Below, piece by piece: positions 1 to 11,868 of a DNA stretch of 64,000 nt. The stretch spans positions 7,936,001 to 8,000,000 of the forward strand of contig OX597829.1 of the NCBI GenBank assembly GCA_951406725.2, in the 5' to 3' direction. The stretch's first letter is position 1, and the number at the start of each line of letters is the position of its first letter. The translations under genes were made by a program, and so were the position numbers. The DNA is from Octopus vulgaris. Its lineage: Eukaryota. The notes below the pieces were generated by a model that worked only from the letters and a program-made list of their open reading frames with translations, did not search any database and was not told the origin of the DNA.

Positions 1-493
1 CATGAATGATAGTTTCCACAGACCCGGTACTAATCTTGACCTCATGGGCTATTTGGCAAATAGTTATGCGTCGATCTTCCAAAATGGCAGCCTCAACTTG
101 ACGGACAGATGCCTCATCAATGGCAGAAGGGGGGGGCGACTAGATCTGGGAGCTGTTTCCATACAGTTCCGACCATGTTTGAATTCACGATGCCAGTGTT
201 TTACAAGGTCATATGATGGGGCATCATCACCATAAGTTACTTTCATTTCATCAAAAGTCTCCCGTGGTGTGCGTCCTTTCAAATACAAAACCCAGATCAC
301 TGCTCGACACTCAACAGGCTCCATTTCATACTTGACTCATTTCAAACACCTGTAAATCAGAAACCACAATTAGTTCAGAGCTGTAATTTGCTACTTAATC
401 TATAGATATATAAATAATTGCACATGCAAAATTCCATCAAGATCAAACAACTGCAAGTGGGTCAGGGGCATTACTTACTGAATGTCCCTCGTA
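1..493 (-). mobile_element. mariner-family DNA transposon, 5' end (TIR plus N-terminal HTH of transposase), continuing out of the window
   Basis: ORF 64..324(-) MEPVECRAVIWVLYLKGRTPRETFDEMKVTYGDDAPSYDLVKHWHREFKHGR..PRSSRP resembles the mariner transposase N-terminal HTH; the minus strand starts TA-CGAGGGACATTCAGTAAGTAA at 493, a mariner-like TIR start. Confidence 0.85.
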
Positions 494-734
494 CATTGCA
501 ACATAAAACTACTTTCTACATATAAAGGTAATAAAATTTTGAGTGGATATATCTCATTTCTAGAATAACACGGTTAAAATCTTCCACTTTTGCTGAGAGG
601 TTAATGGCTCACAGTTTTATAGAAAACACTAGCACAAGATGTTAAGCTAATTCACACACAGATATTAATTTGATAGTTGTGAAAAATTATTTCTCATGCA
701 ATATATACAGCATGAAAAAAATACAAAAGTTTAA

Positions 735-1332
735 TAATAATAATCCTTTCTACATTAGGCACAAGGCCTGAAATTTCGGGGGACAGGATAGACGATTACA
801 TTGAACCTCATTTTTCACTGGTACTTAATTTATCAACCCCAAAAGGACGAGAGGCAAAGTCGACCGTGGCAGAATTTGAACTCAAAACTTAAGGACAGAC
901 AAAATGTCACTAACTGCCTTAATAATAATAGTCATGGTTTCAAATTTTGCCACAAGGGCACCAGCTTTGGTGGAGGGAATGAGTTGATTACATTGACCCA
1001 AGTGTTTAACTGGTACTTATTTTATCGACCCTGAAAGGAGGAAAGGTAAAGACAATGTCAGCAGAATTTGAACTCAGAACATAATGACAGGTGACATACA
1101 GCTAAGCATTTTACCCAGCATGCTAACGATTCTGCCAGCTTGCTGCCTTAAATGGTTTGGGGGAGGGAATTAATCAATTACATTAATCCCAATTTACTTA
1201 ATTTATCGACCCCAAAAGGATGAGAGGTAAAGCCAACCTTAGCAGAATTTGAATTCACAACATAAAGATGGATGAAATGCCACTAAGAATTTTGCCTGAT
1301 GTGCTAACAATTCTGCCAGCTTACCACTTTAA
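735..1332 (-). mobile_element. three tandem, partly truncated tRNA-derived SINE copies with a Nin/Deu-like core and (TTA)n tails
   Basis: The motif actggtacttaatttatcgaccc..aaaggatgaaaggcaaagtcgac..ggcagaatttgaactca occurs three times (about 817-885, 1009-1080, 1195-1260); its reverse complement GCCTTTCATCCTTT.GGGGTCGATAAAT resembles the Nin/Deu domain; aataataat tails. Confidence 0.7.
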
Positions 1333-1431
1333 TAATAATAATAATAATAATAATTTTCCTGGCTTAGGTACAATGCCAGTAAATATGAGAGGTGGTTATG
1401 TTGATACTTTCAAGTTTGCAAAACATTTTCT

Positions 1432-2780
1432 TCATCATCAACATCATTTAACATCTGTTTTCCATGCTAGCATGGGTTGGATGGTTTGACTGAAAACTGG
1501 TAAGCCGAGGAGCTGCACCAGGTTCTGATCTGAATTGGCAAGGTTTCTAAGCCTGGATGCCCTTTCTAATGCCAACCACTTCAAGAGTGTAGTGGTTGCT
1601 CTTTACACACCACCAGCATGGGTGCCACTGACCTGACGCCAGCATCAGCCATGACTACAGTCTCACTTAGTTTGACAAGTCTACACAAGCACGGTATATT
1701 CCCAAAGGTCTTGGTCACTTGTCACTGCCTGCATGAGGCCCAACACTTGAACGGTGCTTTTTACATGCCACCGGCAAGGGTACTAGTCAGAGTGCACTAG
1801 CATCAGCCATGACTATGATTTCACTTGGCTTGACAGGTGTCCACAAGTGCAGCATGTCACCCAACGTTTGAAGGGAGCTTTTGATGTGCAAGTTACGCAA
1901 CACTGGCATCAGCCACAACTACAATCTTACTTGGCTTAACAGGCCTTCTCATGCATAGCATATCACCAAAGATCTTGATCACTTGTCATTGCCTTTGTGA
2001 GGCCCAACATTCCAAGATCGTGTTTCACCACCTCATCCCGTGTCTTCCTGGGTCTATCTCTTCACACAGCTGTCCTTGTCCATACACATCACATGACCAT
2101 ACCAGGGCAGTTGTCTCTCTTGCACACCACATATGATGCCTCTTATGCCCAACTTTTCTCTCAAGATGGTTATACTTTGTTGTGTATGCACACTGACATC
2201 ACACATCTAGTGAAGCATACTAACTTCATTTCTTTCAAGCCTGTTTCACTGCTGTGTAACAGGTTGTTCACACGCACGCATCATACATTCTGCCATTCAC
2301 TATGAGTGAGAGACCTTTTGTTACCAGCAGAGGTGGGAGTTCTCTTAACTTTACCCAGCCTACTCTTATGCATCTATGCTCTCGGAGCACATACCTCTGC
2401 TACTGACTTGGTCACCTAGGTAATGGAGCTGTTGGTTACTAATAGTTCCCCCCCACCCACCCAGCATGTAATGGAATCTATTTTCTGTACATTTTTAGTG
2501 TTAATTGTAACTGTGCACCTTCCACACACAAAACCACATCCCTTGTTAACCTTCCTCTGATATTGCAGCACCACTTATGTGCCCATAGCTTACACCGGGT
2601 ACATCTTACGAAGTTTCTACCTATGCCTTTTCTACAGATCACGCAGGACTATCTACCTGAAGGGATTTGTGATTTTTCACCTTTACTAAGACTTTGGTTT
2701 TTTTTTCTAGGTTAACTCTAAGGCCCTTCGATTCTAGACCTTGCTTCCACACTTGAAACCTTCCTCTAGTTCTGGTTCTT
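1432..2780 (-). mobile_element. degenerate RTE-clade LINE, 3' portion (RT C-terminus, 3' UTR, (GAT)n tail)
   Basis: catcatcatttaac..ccatgctagcatgggttgg tail at the left end; 1990-2780 is homologous to the RTE copies at 6618-7640 and 51130-52932; many stops and indels. Confidence 0.8.
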
Positions 2781-2799
2781 CATCTGTCTTTTATTATTT

Positions 2800-3098
2800 A
2801 CTTACTTCAGTAGTGGACTTGCAGCCATGCTGGAGCAGTACTTTGAAGGTGTTAGTCCAATGAAATGAAGTTGAGGGATGTAAACAAACCAACACCAGTT
2901 GTCAAGCAGTGGGCAGGGGACAAACACACATAGATGCATACATATATACAAAGGGCTTCTTTCAGATTCTGTCTACCAAACCCCCACTCACAAGGATTTT
3001 GTTGGCCTAGGGCTAGAAGATACTCTCCCAAAGTGCCACACAGTGGGACTGAACCTAAAGCCACATAGTCAGGAAGTGAACTTCTTAGCACGCAGCCA
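2800..3098 (-). mobile_element. tRNA-derived CORE-type SINE, degenerate
   Basis: Homologous to 49345-49766 in reverse orientation (gcagccatgctggagca; ttctttcag..tctaccaaa..ccactcacaagg; cagtgggactgaacc). Confidence 0.8.
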
Positions 3099-4022
3099 TT
3101 AACAAATCTGCTACAATAATAATAATAATAAAGAGAAAAATGGTCCATGATGACATTAAAATGTCTTCGTTCATGTACTCTTAAGCACAAGCAGTACTTC
3201 AGCTCCAGTACATTCTTGGGTCATGGAATTCTCAAAAGACTTTTGTTGCTTATTATATAAACACGGAAAAATGTCTTCACTCTATAGATGGACAACAGAA
3301 AATAGAAATTAACACATGTGCTGAAGAAACACAGACGTGCATATGGAAACTACCAAAAATACATCTCAAGCACCAAGACAGAATACACATCTCCAACAGA
3401 AACACTCCTAACAACGAACATGTGTGCATAAACACACAGACAAAATATATGTATATACATTATACACAACACTTAGGTGCACACGCATACACAATATATA
3501 TATATATATATATATCTGGTAAACCAAAAGTATTTTTGTGGGCAACAGAAATAGGTAAATTTTGAAGACAGAAAATAAGACAAAAAAGAAATGGTTTTGG
3601 AGACAGAGAGAAAGAGAATATTGACATAACAAATTTACAGTGTGTGTGTGTGTAGACAGATATAGAGTGTTAAGCAGATTGATACATATATTTTTGTTCT
3701 TTTTCTTTTCTTCCAAGAGCTTTCAAATAAATAATTGTATTTTTGTTTTTTTGTTTTTTTTAAAGAGAATACTGTTTTCCTAAAATTCAAGTTGCTTTTG
3801 TTCAAACAACAAGTTTAGTATATGGCTTACTGAAACGTACACACACATGTCACTTTGTTAAGTCATTTTTCTCTTTCTCTGTCTCTAAAACCAATAACTA
3901 TGTTCTTTCTTTCTTTTTTATTATTTTCTATGTATGTGTATATATGAAAAACATGGTAAAGAATTCCAGATTTTCTTTGATCCAGTGAGACAGAACATAA
4001 TGCAGTGTTTATACATACGTAC

Positions 4023-4069
<47 letters not shown>

Positions 4070-4268
4070 CACCCACACCAGCATCAAAGGCAGATGTTAA
4101 ACGATAGTGATGATGATGATAATGCATGTACATAAGCACATATCATTGTCATCAATTTACATATGTTTCCTATTCAGGAAAGGGTTGGGTAACATTTTAA
4201 TCCAGTATTTCAGTTTTGGCATAATATCTGCAGGGGAATGTCCTTCCTAATACCGCCCCCACTACATA

Positions 4269-4605
4269 CATCATCATCATCACCATTTAACGTCCGCTTT
4301 CCAAGCTAGCATGGGTTGGACGGTTCAACTGGGGTCTGGGAAGCCAGAAGGCTGCATCAGGCCCAGTCTGATCTGGCAGTGTTTCTACAGCTGGATGCCC
4401 TAACTAACGCCAACCACTCCGAGAGTGTAGTGGGTGCTTTTTATGTGCCACCAGCACAGGTACCAGACGTGGATGGCAACAGCCACAATTGGATGGTGCT
4501 TTTTACATGCCACCTGCACGGAGGCCAGTCGGGGTAGTGCTGGCAATGGCCACATTCGGAAGGTTCTCTTGCGTGCCACCGGCACTGGTATCACAACTGC
4601 AATTT

Positions 4606-4608
<3 letters not shown>
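4269..4608 (-). mobile_element. RTE 3'-UTR/tail-only copy
   Basis: (CAT)n-ttaacgtccgctttcca..ggatgcccta actaacgccaaccactccgagagtgtagtgggtgcttttt; same tail family as 6618-6880. Confidence 0.85.
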
Positions 4609-4643
<35 letters not shown>

Positions 4644-4772
4644 AATATAAGAGAGTGGTCACTATATGGCTCACTCTAGCACCAGTTAATCCAAAAGGAG
4701 CACTAGGCCACTTGGTGTAGAATAGATATACTATTAAATTAGTATCTAATTCTCTCACCCTTATTAATTAAT

Positions 4773-4856
<84 letters not shown>

Positions 4857-4898
4857 AAGAGAGAGTGTGTACAGGGTGCCATTTTCATGACACCAGTA

Positions 4899-5190
4899 TT
4901 AACCCTTTGTCAACCACAGTCATAAATGTCAATGATTAACAATTTCATTAGCATGTTTCTTTTGAAATGCATTATTCTGTTTTGCTTTTTGTATTGTTTT
5001 TTCTGCTTTTTTTTTTTCAAATTTATTTTGAAAATAATAAAGAATATAGTAATTAGTCATTATTAAGCTGGTGTTTGGAACATAAAATGAGAAACTTTAA
5101 AGGAAGGTTTTTAATTTAGTTTACCTTAAAACAGAAAGTCTGTCAAAAAGTCAGGTGTAGTCTGAGGCAAGTTGGCATTAAGAGAGTTAA
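4899..5190. mobile_element. possible piggyBac-type MITE
   Basis: Bounded by TTAA-CCCT at 4899 and AGAG-TTAA at 5190; the TIR match is short and imperfect. Confidence 0.4.
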
Positions 5191-5249
5191 AGATATCTGT
5201 CATCACCATTTTATATTTCATAAAATAGGGATTCTATTGTGAAACATTC

Positions 5250-5682
5250 CTTTACTCTTTTACTTGTTTCAGTCATTTGACTGTGGCCATGCTGGAGCAC
5301 CACCTTTAGTCAAGCAAATCGACCCCAGGACTTATTCTTTGTTAGCTTAGTACTTATTCTATTGGTCTCTTTTGCCAAACCGCTAAGTTACGGGGACGTA
5401 AACACGCCAGCATCGGTTGTCAAGCGATGTTGGAGGGACAAACACAGACACACAAGCATATACACACACATATATATATATATATAAATATATATATATA
5501 TATGTATGTGTGTATATGTATATATGATGGGCTTCTTTCAGTTTCCGTCTACCAAATCCACTCACAAGGCTTTGGTCGGCCCGAGGCTATAGTAGAAGAC
5601 ACTTACCCAAGGTGCCACGCAGTGGAACTGAACCCGGAACCATGTGGTTTGTAAGCAAGCTACTTACCACACAGCCACTGCT
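5250..5682 (-). mobile_element. tRNA-derived CORE-type SINE with internal (TA)n/(TG)n, near full length
   Basis: Reverse complement of the 49345-49766 family: A-box-like tggctgtgtgg, B-box-like gggttcagttcc, CORE-like accttgggtaagt, tail gactgaaacaagtaaaagagtaaag. Confidence 0.9.
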
Positions 5683-6079
5683 ATGTCTTTCTTAAAAAAA
5701 AAAATCATAAGACATGATTCAGGAGATAAATTCACACTGTCTTCTGCACATTCCTTGAAATACAGCATAAACAAAACCAACAAACTAATCTTCAACAACA
5801 CTGAAGTGATTTTTTTTTATTTCACTCGTCTAGAATTTAATTATAAGTAGAAACTTTGTCAATGGATCCTTCATTGCTGAGCCCTCATTGATACAAAGCA
5901 ATTCTGGTACATTATAAATGAACTTGGCTAATAATGCATCAATAAAAAGAATGGCCAGCAAGGTTATATAATGTTGAAGTCAGTTATGCAACAAGAACAA
6001 AAGTTAAGAGCACAGCAATGCATCAGTACAATAGTATCATTTCAGACCCGAGAATGACTTATGGGGTATGACTTTTGTG

Positions 6080-6240
6080 GAAAGATAGCACTTTGGCTAA
6101 GAAGGTCACTTCCTAACCAGTTGGTTTCAAGTTCAGTTCCACTGCATGCCATTTTCTTCACAACAACTCAAGGCCAGCTAAGACCATATGAGTGATAGAC
6201 CAAAACTAAAAGAAACTTGTGTGTGTGTGTGTGTGTTTGT
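6080..6240 (+). mobile_element. old degenerate CORE-type SINE fragment
   Basis: ttcctaaccagttggtttcaagttcagttccactgcatg resembles the head of the same SINE family. Confidence 0.5.
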
Positions 6241-6325
6241 ATCTATGTGTATACACACACACACACATATATATATACAGACACGCATATTCAAATATGT
6301 ATTAGAAGCAGTGTTAGTGTTGTAA

Positions 6326-6617
6326 ATATTATTGATCGCACATAATGTACGTACTTTGGTTAATTGCTGGTAGGCTAAAGCATTGTGCAGTGGAAATAAC
6401 TCCCTCAAAACAGCCCATCATAGACAAGCGAAACAACTCGCCCTAAATCTCAATCAAGAATGATGGACGTCGATGGAATTTGGGGCAAATTGTCTCACTT
6501 GTTCATAACCTTCAGGTGTTTAATACCCAGCACTCTGAGGGAGTTATCCTCACTGTGCAATATTGCATCCAACCAGCAAATAAGCAAAACCCATACATTG
6601 AGTGTGGTCAATAGTAT
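6326..6617. mobile_element. MITE/foldback element with about 82-bp imperfect terminal inverted repeats
   Basis: 6326-6407 (atattattgatcgcac..attgctggtagg..cagtggaaataactccctca) is reverse-complementary to 6536-6617 (tgagggagttatcctcactg..ccaaccagcaaat..gtgtggtcaatagtat). Confidence 0.7.
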
Positions 6618-7640
6618 CATCATCTTCATCATCATCGTTTAACGTCCGCTTTCCGCGCTAGCACGGGTTGGACGGTTCGACCGGGTCTGGGAAGCCAGGG
6701 GCCGCTCCAGGCTCCAGTCTGAATCTGGCAGAGTTTCTACGGCTGGATGCCCTTCCTAACGCCAACCACTCCGTGAGTGGATTGGGTGCTTTTTACGTGC
6801 CACCTGCACAGGGGCCGGAGGGTCCGGCATCGGTCACGATCGGTTCGAGCTTTTAACGTGTCAGCGGCACGGGGGCAACGAGGTCCGGGGTACTTTGGGG
6901 ATCGGGGTACTTTGGGGATCCGAGGGTACTTAGAATGGGTAGGGGGTATGTGGAATTGCTGCAGAAAGTAGCCCGGGTCTTTGTAGTCACAGCATATCTC
7001 CAGAGATCTCGGTCCTTCGCCATTGCCTCAGTGAGGCCCAATGCTCTGAGGTCATGCTTGACTACCTCATCCCATGTCTTCCTGGGTCTACCTCTCCCCC
7101 TGATACCTTCAACTGTTTGGGAGTGGCACTTCTTCACACATCTCTCTTCATCCATCCGCAGCACATGACCATACCATCGCAAGCGTCGCTCTTGCACACC
7201 ACATCTGATGCTTCTTATATCCAGCATTTCTCTCAGGATGCTTACACTCTGTCTTGCGTGCACACTGACACTACACATCCAGCGGATCATGCTAGCTTCA
7301 TTTCTTTCAAGTCTACGCATGTCTTCTGCAGTCACAGCCCATGTTTCATTACCGTGAAGCATGGCAGTTCGCACACATGCATCATACAATCTACCTTTTG
7401 CTCTGAGGGAGAGACCTTTTGTTGCCAGTAGGGGTAGGAGCTTTCTGAACTTTGCCCAGGCTATTCGTATTCTAGTGGTGATACTCTCTGTGCATCCACC
7501 TCCGCTACTAACTTGGTCACCCAGGTAGCGGAAACTATCAACTACTTCTAGTTTCTCTCCCTGGAGTGTGATGGAATCTGTTTTCTGAGTGTCTGTTGTG
7601 TCTATTGTCCCTGTGCATCTGCCGCACATGAAAGCTATCT
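6618..7640 (-). mobile_element. young 5'-truncated RTE-clade LINE (RT C-terminal region plus 3' UTR)
   Basis: ORF 6853..7716(-) contains LEVVDSFRYLGDQV..RIRIAWAKF..LRWYGHVLRM..RGRGRPRKTW, the typical RTE ORF C-terminus; (GAT)n tail at 6618-6638; the 5' end abuts (TA)n. Confidence 0.95.
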
Positions 7641-7673
<33 letters not shown>

Positions 7674-7894
7674 ATATGTAAATATATATATTATACATAC
7701 ATACACACACACACACACACAGTGAGTGAGTGGTTTGTGATTGTAAACAATGGTTTTACTGAGTGTTGTTCACTTGCAGACCTCTTGTTAGGCTGTGTGA
7801 TTTTTGTAAACAAAAAGCTCATCGATACATTGCCATTTATTTCCCAGTTCTCCAAATAAACATGTCTACATTGTTTGTTCATAGAAAGAAGACT

Positions 7895-8030
7895 ATCACC
7901 TCACTTAGAGACAAGTGTGGGCTGGCAACAGAAAGGGCATCTGGCAGCAGCAAGACTCCATTCCAACATTCTCTCATCTGATTCATGCAAGCATGGAACA
8001 AATACATGATAAAATACAATGATGGTGAGA
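7895..8030 (+). mobile_element. degenerate SINE/RTE-tail fragment
   Basis: ggctggcaacagaaagggcatctggc and catgcaagcatggaa motifs are shared with the RTE tail family. Confidence 0.5.
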
Positions 8031-9701
8031 AATGATTCATTGACTGGACAATCTTAAAACAACATTAACATTCCCGCCCCCCCTGAGATATCTTCTGCAT
8101 AAAGTACATTTAATTAAGTAAGAGTTAATGTACATAATGAAGTAGGCATAAAAAGGCTGAAAAATGTCCAGACACACTCCCTGCTACATAACTTCATTTA
8201 ATTTTTAAACTTTGGAGATGGTTCTCTTGCCTTCTTTGACAAGCATCTTCATTAATGCTAACCCCTTTGCATTGCTGGTGTAAATTACATTGATTAGACA
8301 TTTATTTTCTGGTTCACTACATAATATTAACCTGGTCTTGATTTTATGTTCTTCATGCAGAAAGAATTCCTGGGAATTTTTCCAAATATTACAACTAATA
8401 ATTCATTATGCATAAAGCCCTGATTGTGGCAAATGGTGAGAGCATCAAGTAGGATGAAATCCAACAATTGGAAAATCCTGTTTATAAATTGCTAAATAAT
8501 ATCACAGAGTAGATGAATTTCTCAGATTTTCAAGAATGCGTGAGTAATCTACAAACACTTGTACCTTTCACTTTTAATATCCAGTTGAAAATTTTCAAGT
8601 GAAAAGCCAAGTCATCAGAAGACTTAAAAATAAACTGTGTTTATTCAAATGTTTATAGTATTTTTACTTATGGTCAGATTGTGAAAATTAGTAATATTTT
8701 AGGAAGGATTTAATTTCTCTTTAGTGTTAATAGGCATCTGTACAAAAAATAATACTGTGCATGAGTATTTACTACAAAATAATAACTAGAAAATGAATAC
8801 ACTAAAAAAAAATGAGAAAAGAAAGATGCTAGTAATAAATTAAATGCAACCTGTAACAGATACGGATGCATAAACATCACAATAAAAAAAATGCTTTTTT
8901 TTTTTCTTTTTCTGGCTGTTTGTAGCTTATTCCTTATGAAATCTACAGGTAAGCTAAATTACATTAACAGAAATAACATACTGATTCCTTTTAGCTTTTA
9001 AAACTTTTCTCCAGATAATCATGCTAATGTTTTAGTTCTTTACAACAATTTATATTATCAAGAAAATTCAACAGAAAATGTTAACACTAAAGAGAAGTCC
9101 GCTAAAACTAATTGAGAAAAAGAAAATTTGGGAATTCACACACACACACACAAACACAAAAAATACTAAAACACACACGTGTGTGTGTGTGTGTTTGTAT
9201 GTTTAGATGTGTACACAAACACAAATTCACACTCAGAAAACAGACACATAAAACTATAAATAGATATTTATACAGACATAATTATGATAAAGAACAAAAA
9301 GCCATGCCTTAATTATACATTGTGCTAATATTAGGAGAAATTCCATAAATGCGATAATTTCCTATTTGCTTTCTCTGTGAATCACCTAATTGCTAAGAAG
9401 TTAAAAACTGTAGCTCTGAGAAACTAAAGATAACAATAAGTTTGAAGTGAGGCTATTTCATAAACAAAATAATTGATCAATCTAATTGTTATCAATTGTG
9501 GACAGTTAAAATAGTGGATCGTGAAACAAGGTGTTTCCAGTTCATAACTTGGCAAAGCTAATTCTCATAATAAAAACAAAATAGCCTACTTTCTCTTGTT
9601 CAGGGAGGAAATCCACTCCGTTAGTTTCTGATTCCTAATGATTCAAGTAAATACATAATTTAACATGTATAAGTATCAACTCATAATGCTAAAATTTAAA
9701 A

Positions 9702-10562
9702 TCATCATCATCATCATCATTTAACATCCGTTGTCCATGCTGGTATAGGTTGGACAGTTTGATCAGAGCTGGTAAGCTGGAAGGCTGCACCAGACCCCGT
9801 GTGATTTGGCTGTTTTCTACAGCTAGATGCCCTTCCTTATGCCAACCACTCTGAGAGTGTAATGGATGCTTATGGGTACCATTTGCATGATGCCAGTGCC
9901 TTCCACAATTTTGCTCAGCTTGATGGGTTTTCTTCTCAAGCATGACATGCCAAAGGTCTTGGTCATTGCCTCTGTGAGGCCCATTGCTCAAAAGGAACTC
10001 AGCCACTTTGTCTCCATGCGGACCACTGTTCAAAAGGAACTCAGCCATTAGCCTCTGTGAGGCCCAACACTCAAAAGGTGCTCTTTACGTGCCACCAGCA
10101 CAAGTGCCAGTTACATGGCACCAGCATCAGCCATGACTATGATTTTGCTTGCCTTGATGGGTCTTCTACTCAAGCACAGTATATTGCCAAAGATCTGTCA
10201 CTAGTCATTGCTTCTGTGAGGCTCAAAGATTGAAGATCATGTTTCACCACTTCGTCCCATGTCTTCCTAGGTCTACCTCTATGACAACTTCCCTCCACAG
10301 TTAGAGATGAGCACCTCTTTACACAGCTGTCCTTGTCCATATGCATCACAGGACCACACCAGCACAGTCATCTTTCTTGCACATCACATCTGATGCCTCT
10401 TATGTCTAACTTTTCTCTCAAGGTACTTACACTCTGTCATGTATGCACACTGACATTGCACATCCAGTAAAACATACTGGCTTTATTTATTTTTATTTCA
10501 CAGCCCATGTTTCACTGCCATTTAACATAGCTGTTTGCACACAAACATCATAAATCTACCTT
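9702..10562 (-). mobile_element. degenerate RTE LINE 3' portion
   Basis: (CAT)n tail at 9702-9720; 10210-10560 is homologous to the RT C-terminal coding region of 6618-7640. Confidence 0.8.
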
Positions 10563-10659
10563 TCCAAAATATGAACGTAAATAATCAGAATGGGACAAAC
10601 ACAAGATGATTATTAACAGTACAACAGCTAAAAATTTGCACATGATAGAACGTATATCT

Positions 10660-11035
10660 TTTCTTTGACTTCTTCCAGTTTTCATGCTGCAGGCATGCTG
10701 GGGTACCACCTTGAAGAATTTTGGTCAAATAAATCAACCCCCCCCCAGTCCTTATTTTAAACCTGGTACTTATTCTTTCAGGTTCTATTTACAGAACCAC
10801 TAAATTATGGGGACATAAACACACCAACATCAGTTGTCAAGCAGTAGAGGGACACACACACACATATATATACACACAAGGGGCTTCTTTCAGTTTCTGT
10901 CTACCAAATCCACTCACAAGGCTTTGGTCAGCCAGGTCTATACTAGAAGATACTTTCCCAAGGTGACACACAGTGAGACTAAACCTGGAACCTTGTGGTT
11001 GGGAAGCTAGCTTTTTATCACACAGCCATGTACGT
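10660..11035 (-). mobile_element. CORE-type SINE, degenerate
   Basis: gggcttctttcagtttctgtctaccaaatccactcacaaggctttggtc shared with the other copies. Confidence 0.85.
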
Positions 11036-11593
11036 GCCTATGATAAAATAATCACAAATTACAATCCGGGATAGAGTCAATATAACTGTTATCAAGTACA
11101 ACTGGAAGATAAAAAAAACAACATAAATAATTTTTAAAAAACTGTGTATGAAATAGATATTGTTATTAGTATATCTGACACTGTTTTATAAGTCCCTTTT
11201 TTAAATATGATTCCTTTCACATCATGGCTATTTTATAATTGAATAATTTGACCGGTATCTTGAGTGATGCTTTGTCAAATCAACTTTGGGAGAACAAAAA
11301 GCAAAGCTGATTGTGAATATTAATCTAACTTGAACTGAAATCTCTGACCATGAGCAAGAAAAAAAATTTAGGTTCTTCATAAGCTAAAATCATTAAACAC
11401 ACTAATCAATAATGAAAAGTCAGGCTCAATTTAGGATTCACAAGGCAAGGGTAAAAAAATAGGGTGAATGAAGACTGCTTAAATTAACTCTGAGATACTG
11501 AGATGGAAAAAGGTCATATTGATAAAAAAAAAGAAGATCCAAGAGAGCATAACCAACTGGAGAGTTCTTGCATTTCAAGAGGCAATTGTAAAT

Positions 11594-11868
11594 CAGTGGT
11601 TCCCAAAGTGGGTGGTTCTGCCACCTGGGAGCAGTGGAAAGATCCAGGTGGGCATTGAAGAAAAGTGGGGAGATAATAGGGGGCGGGGCAGAATGGGGCA
11701 ATGAATGTAAAAACAACAAAATAATGGGCCAATTAGGTTAAGTTTTATTTGTGAAATACTGTTGTTTTAAATTTGCAACAGAAAGTGATCTACATTTGTG
11801 GTGGTGACATTAGGAATGTGGTCTGTGTGCCAAGGAGGCAGATGCCTGAAAAAGTTTGGGAACCACTG
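11594..11868. mobile_element. hAT (Charlie-like) MITE, 275 bp, with 8-bp target-site duplication
   Basis: TIRs CAGTGGTTCCCAAA (11594) and TTTGGGAACCACTG (to 11868); perfect TSD TTGTAAAT at 11586-11593 and 11869-11876. Confidence 0.93.

Noticed and set aside
3321-3356. CTGAAGA...GAAAC spacing resembling a hammerhead
   Set aside because: Stem II does not close next to the core, and there is no GUH triplet with stem I pairing.
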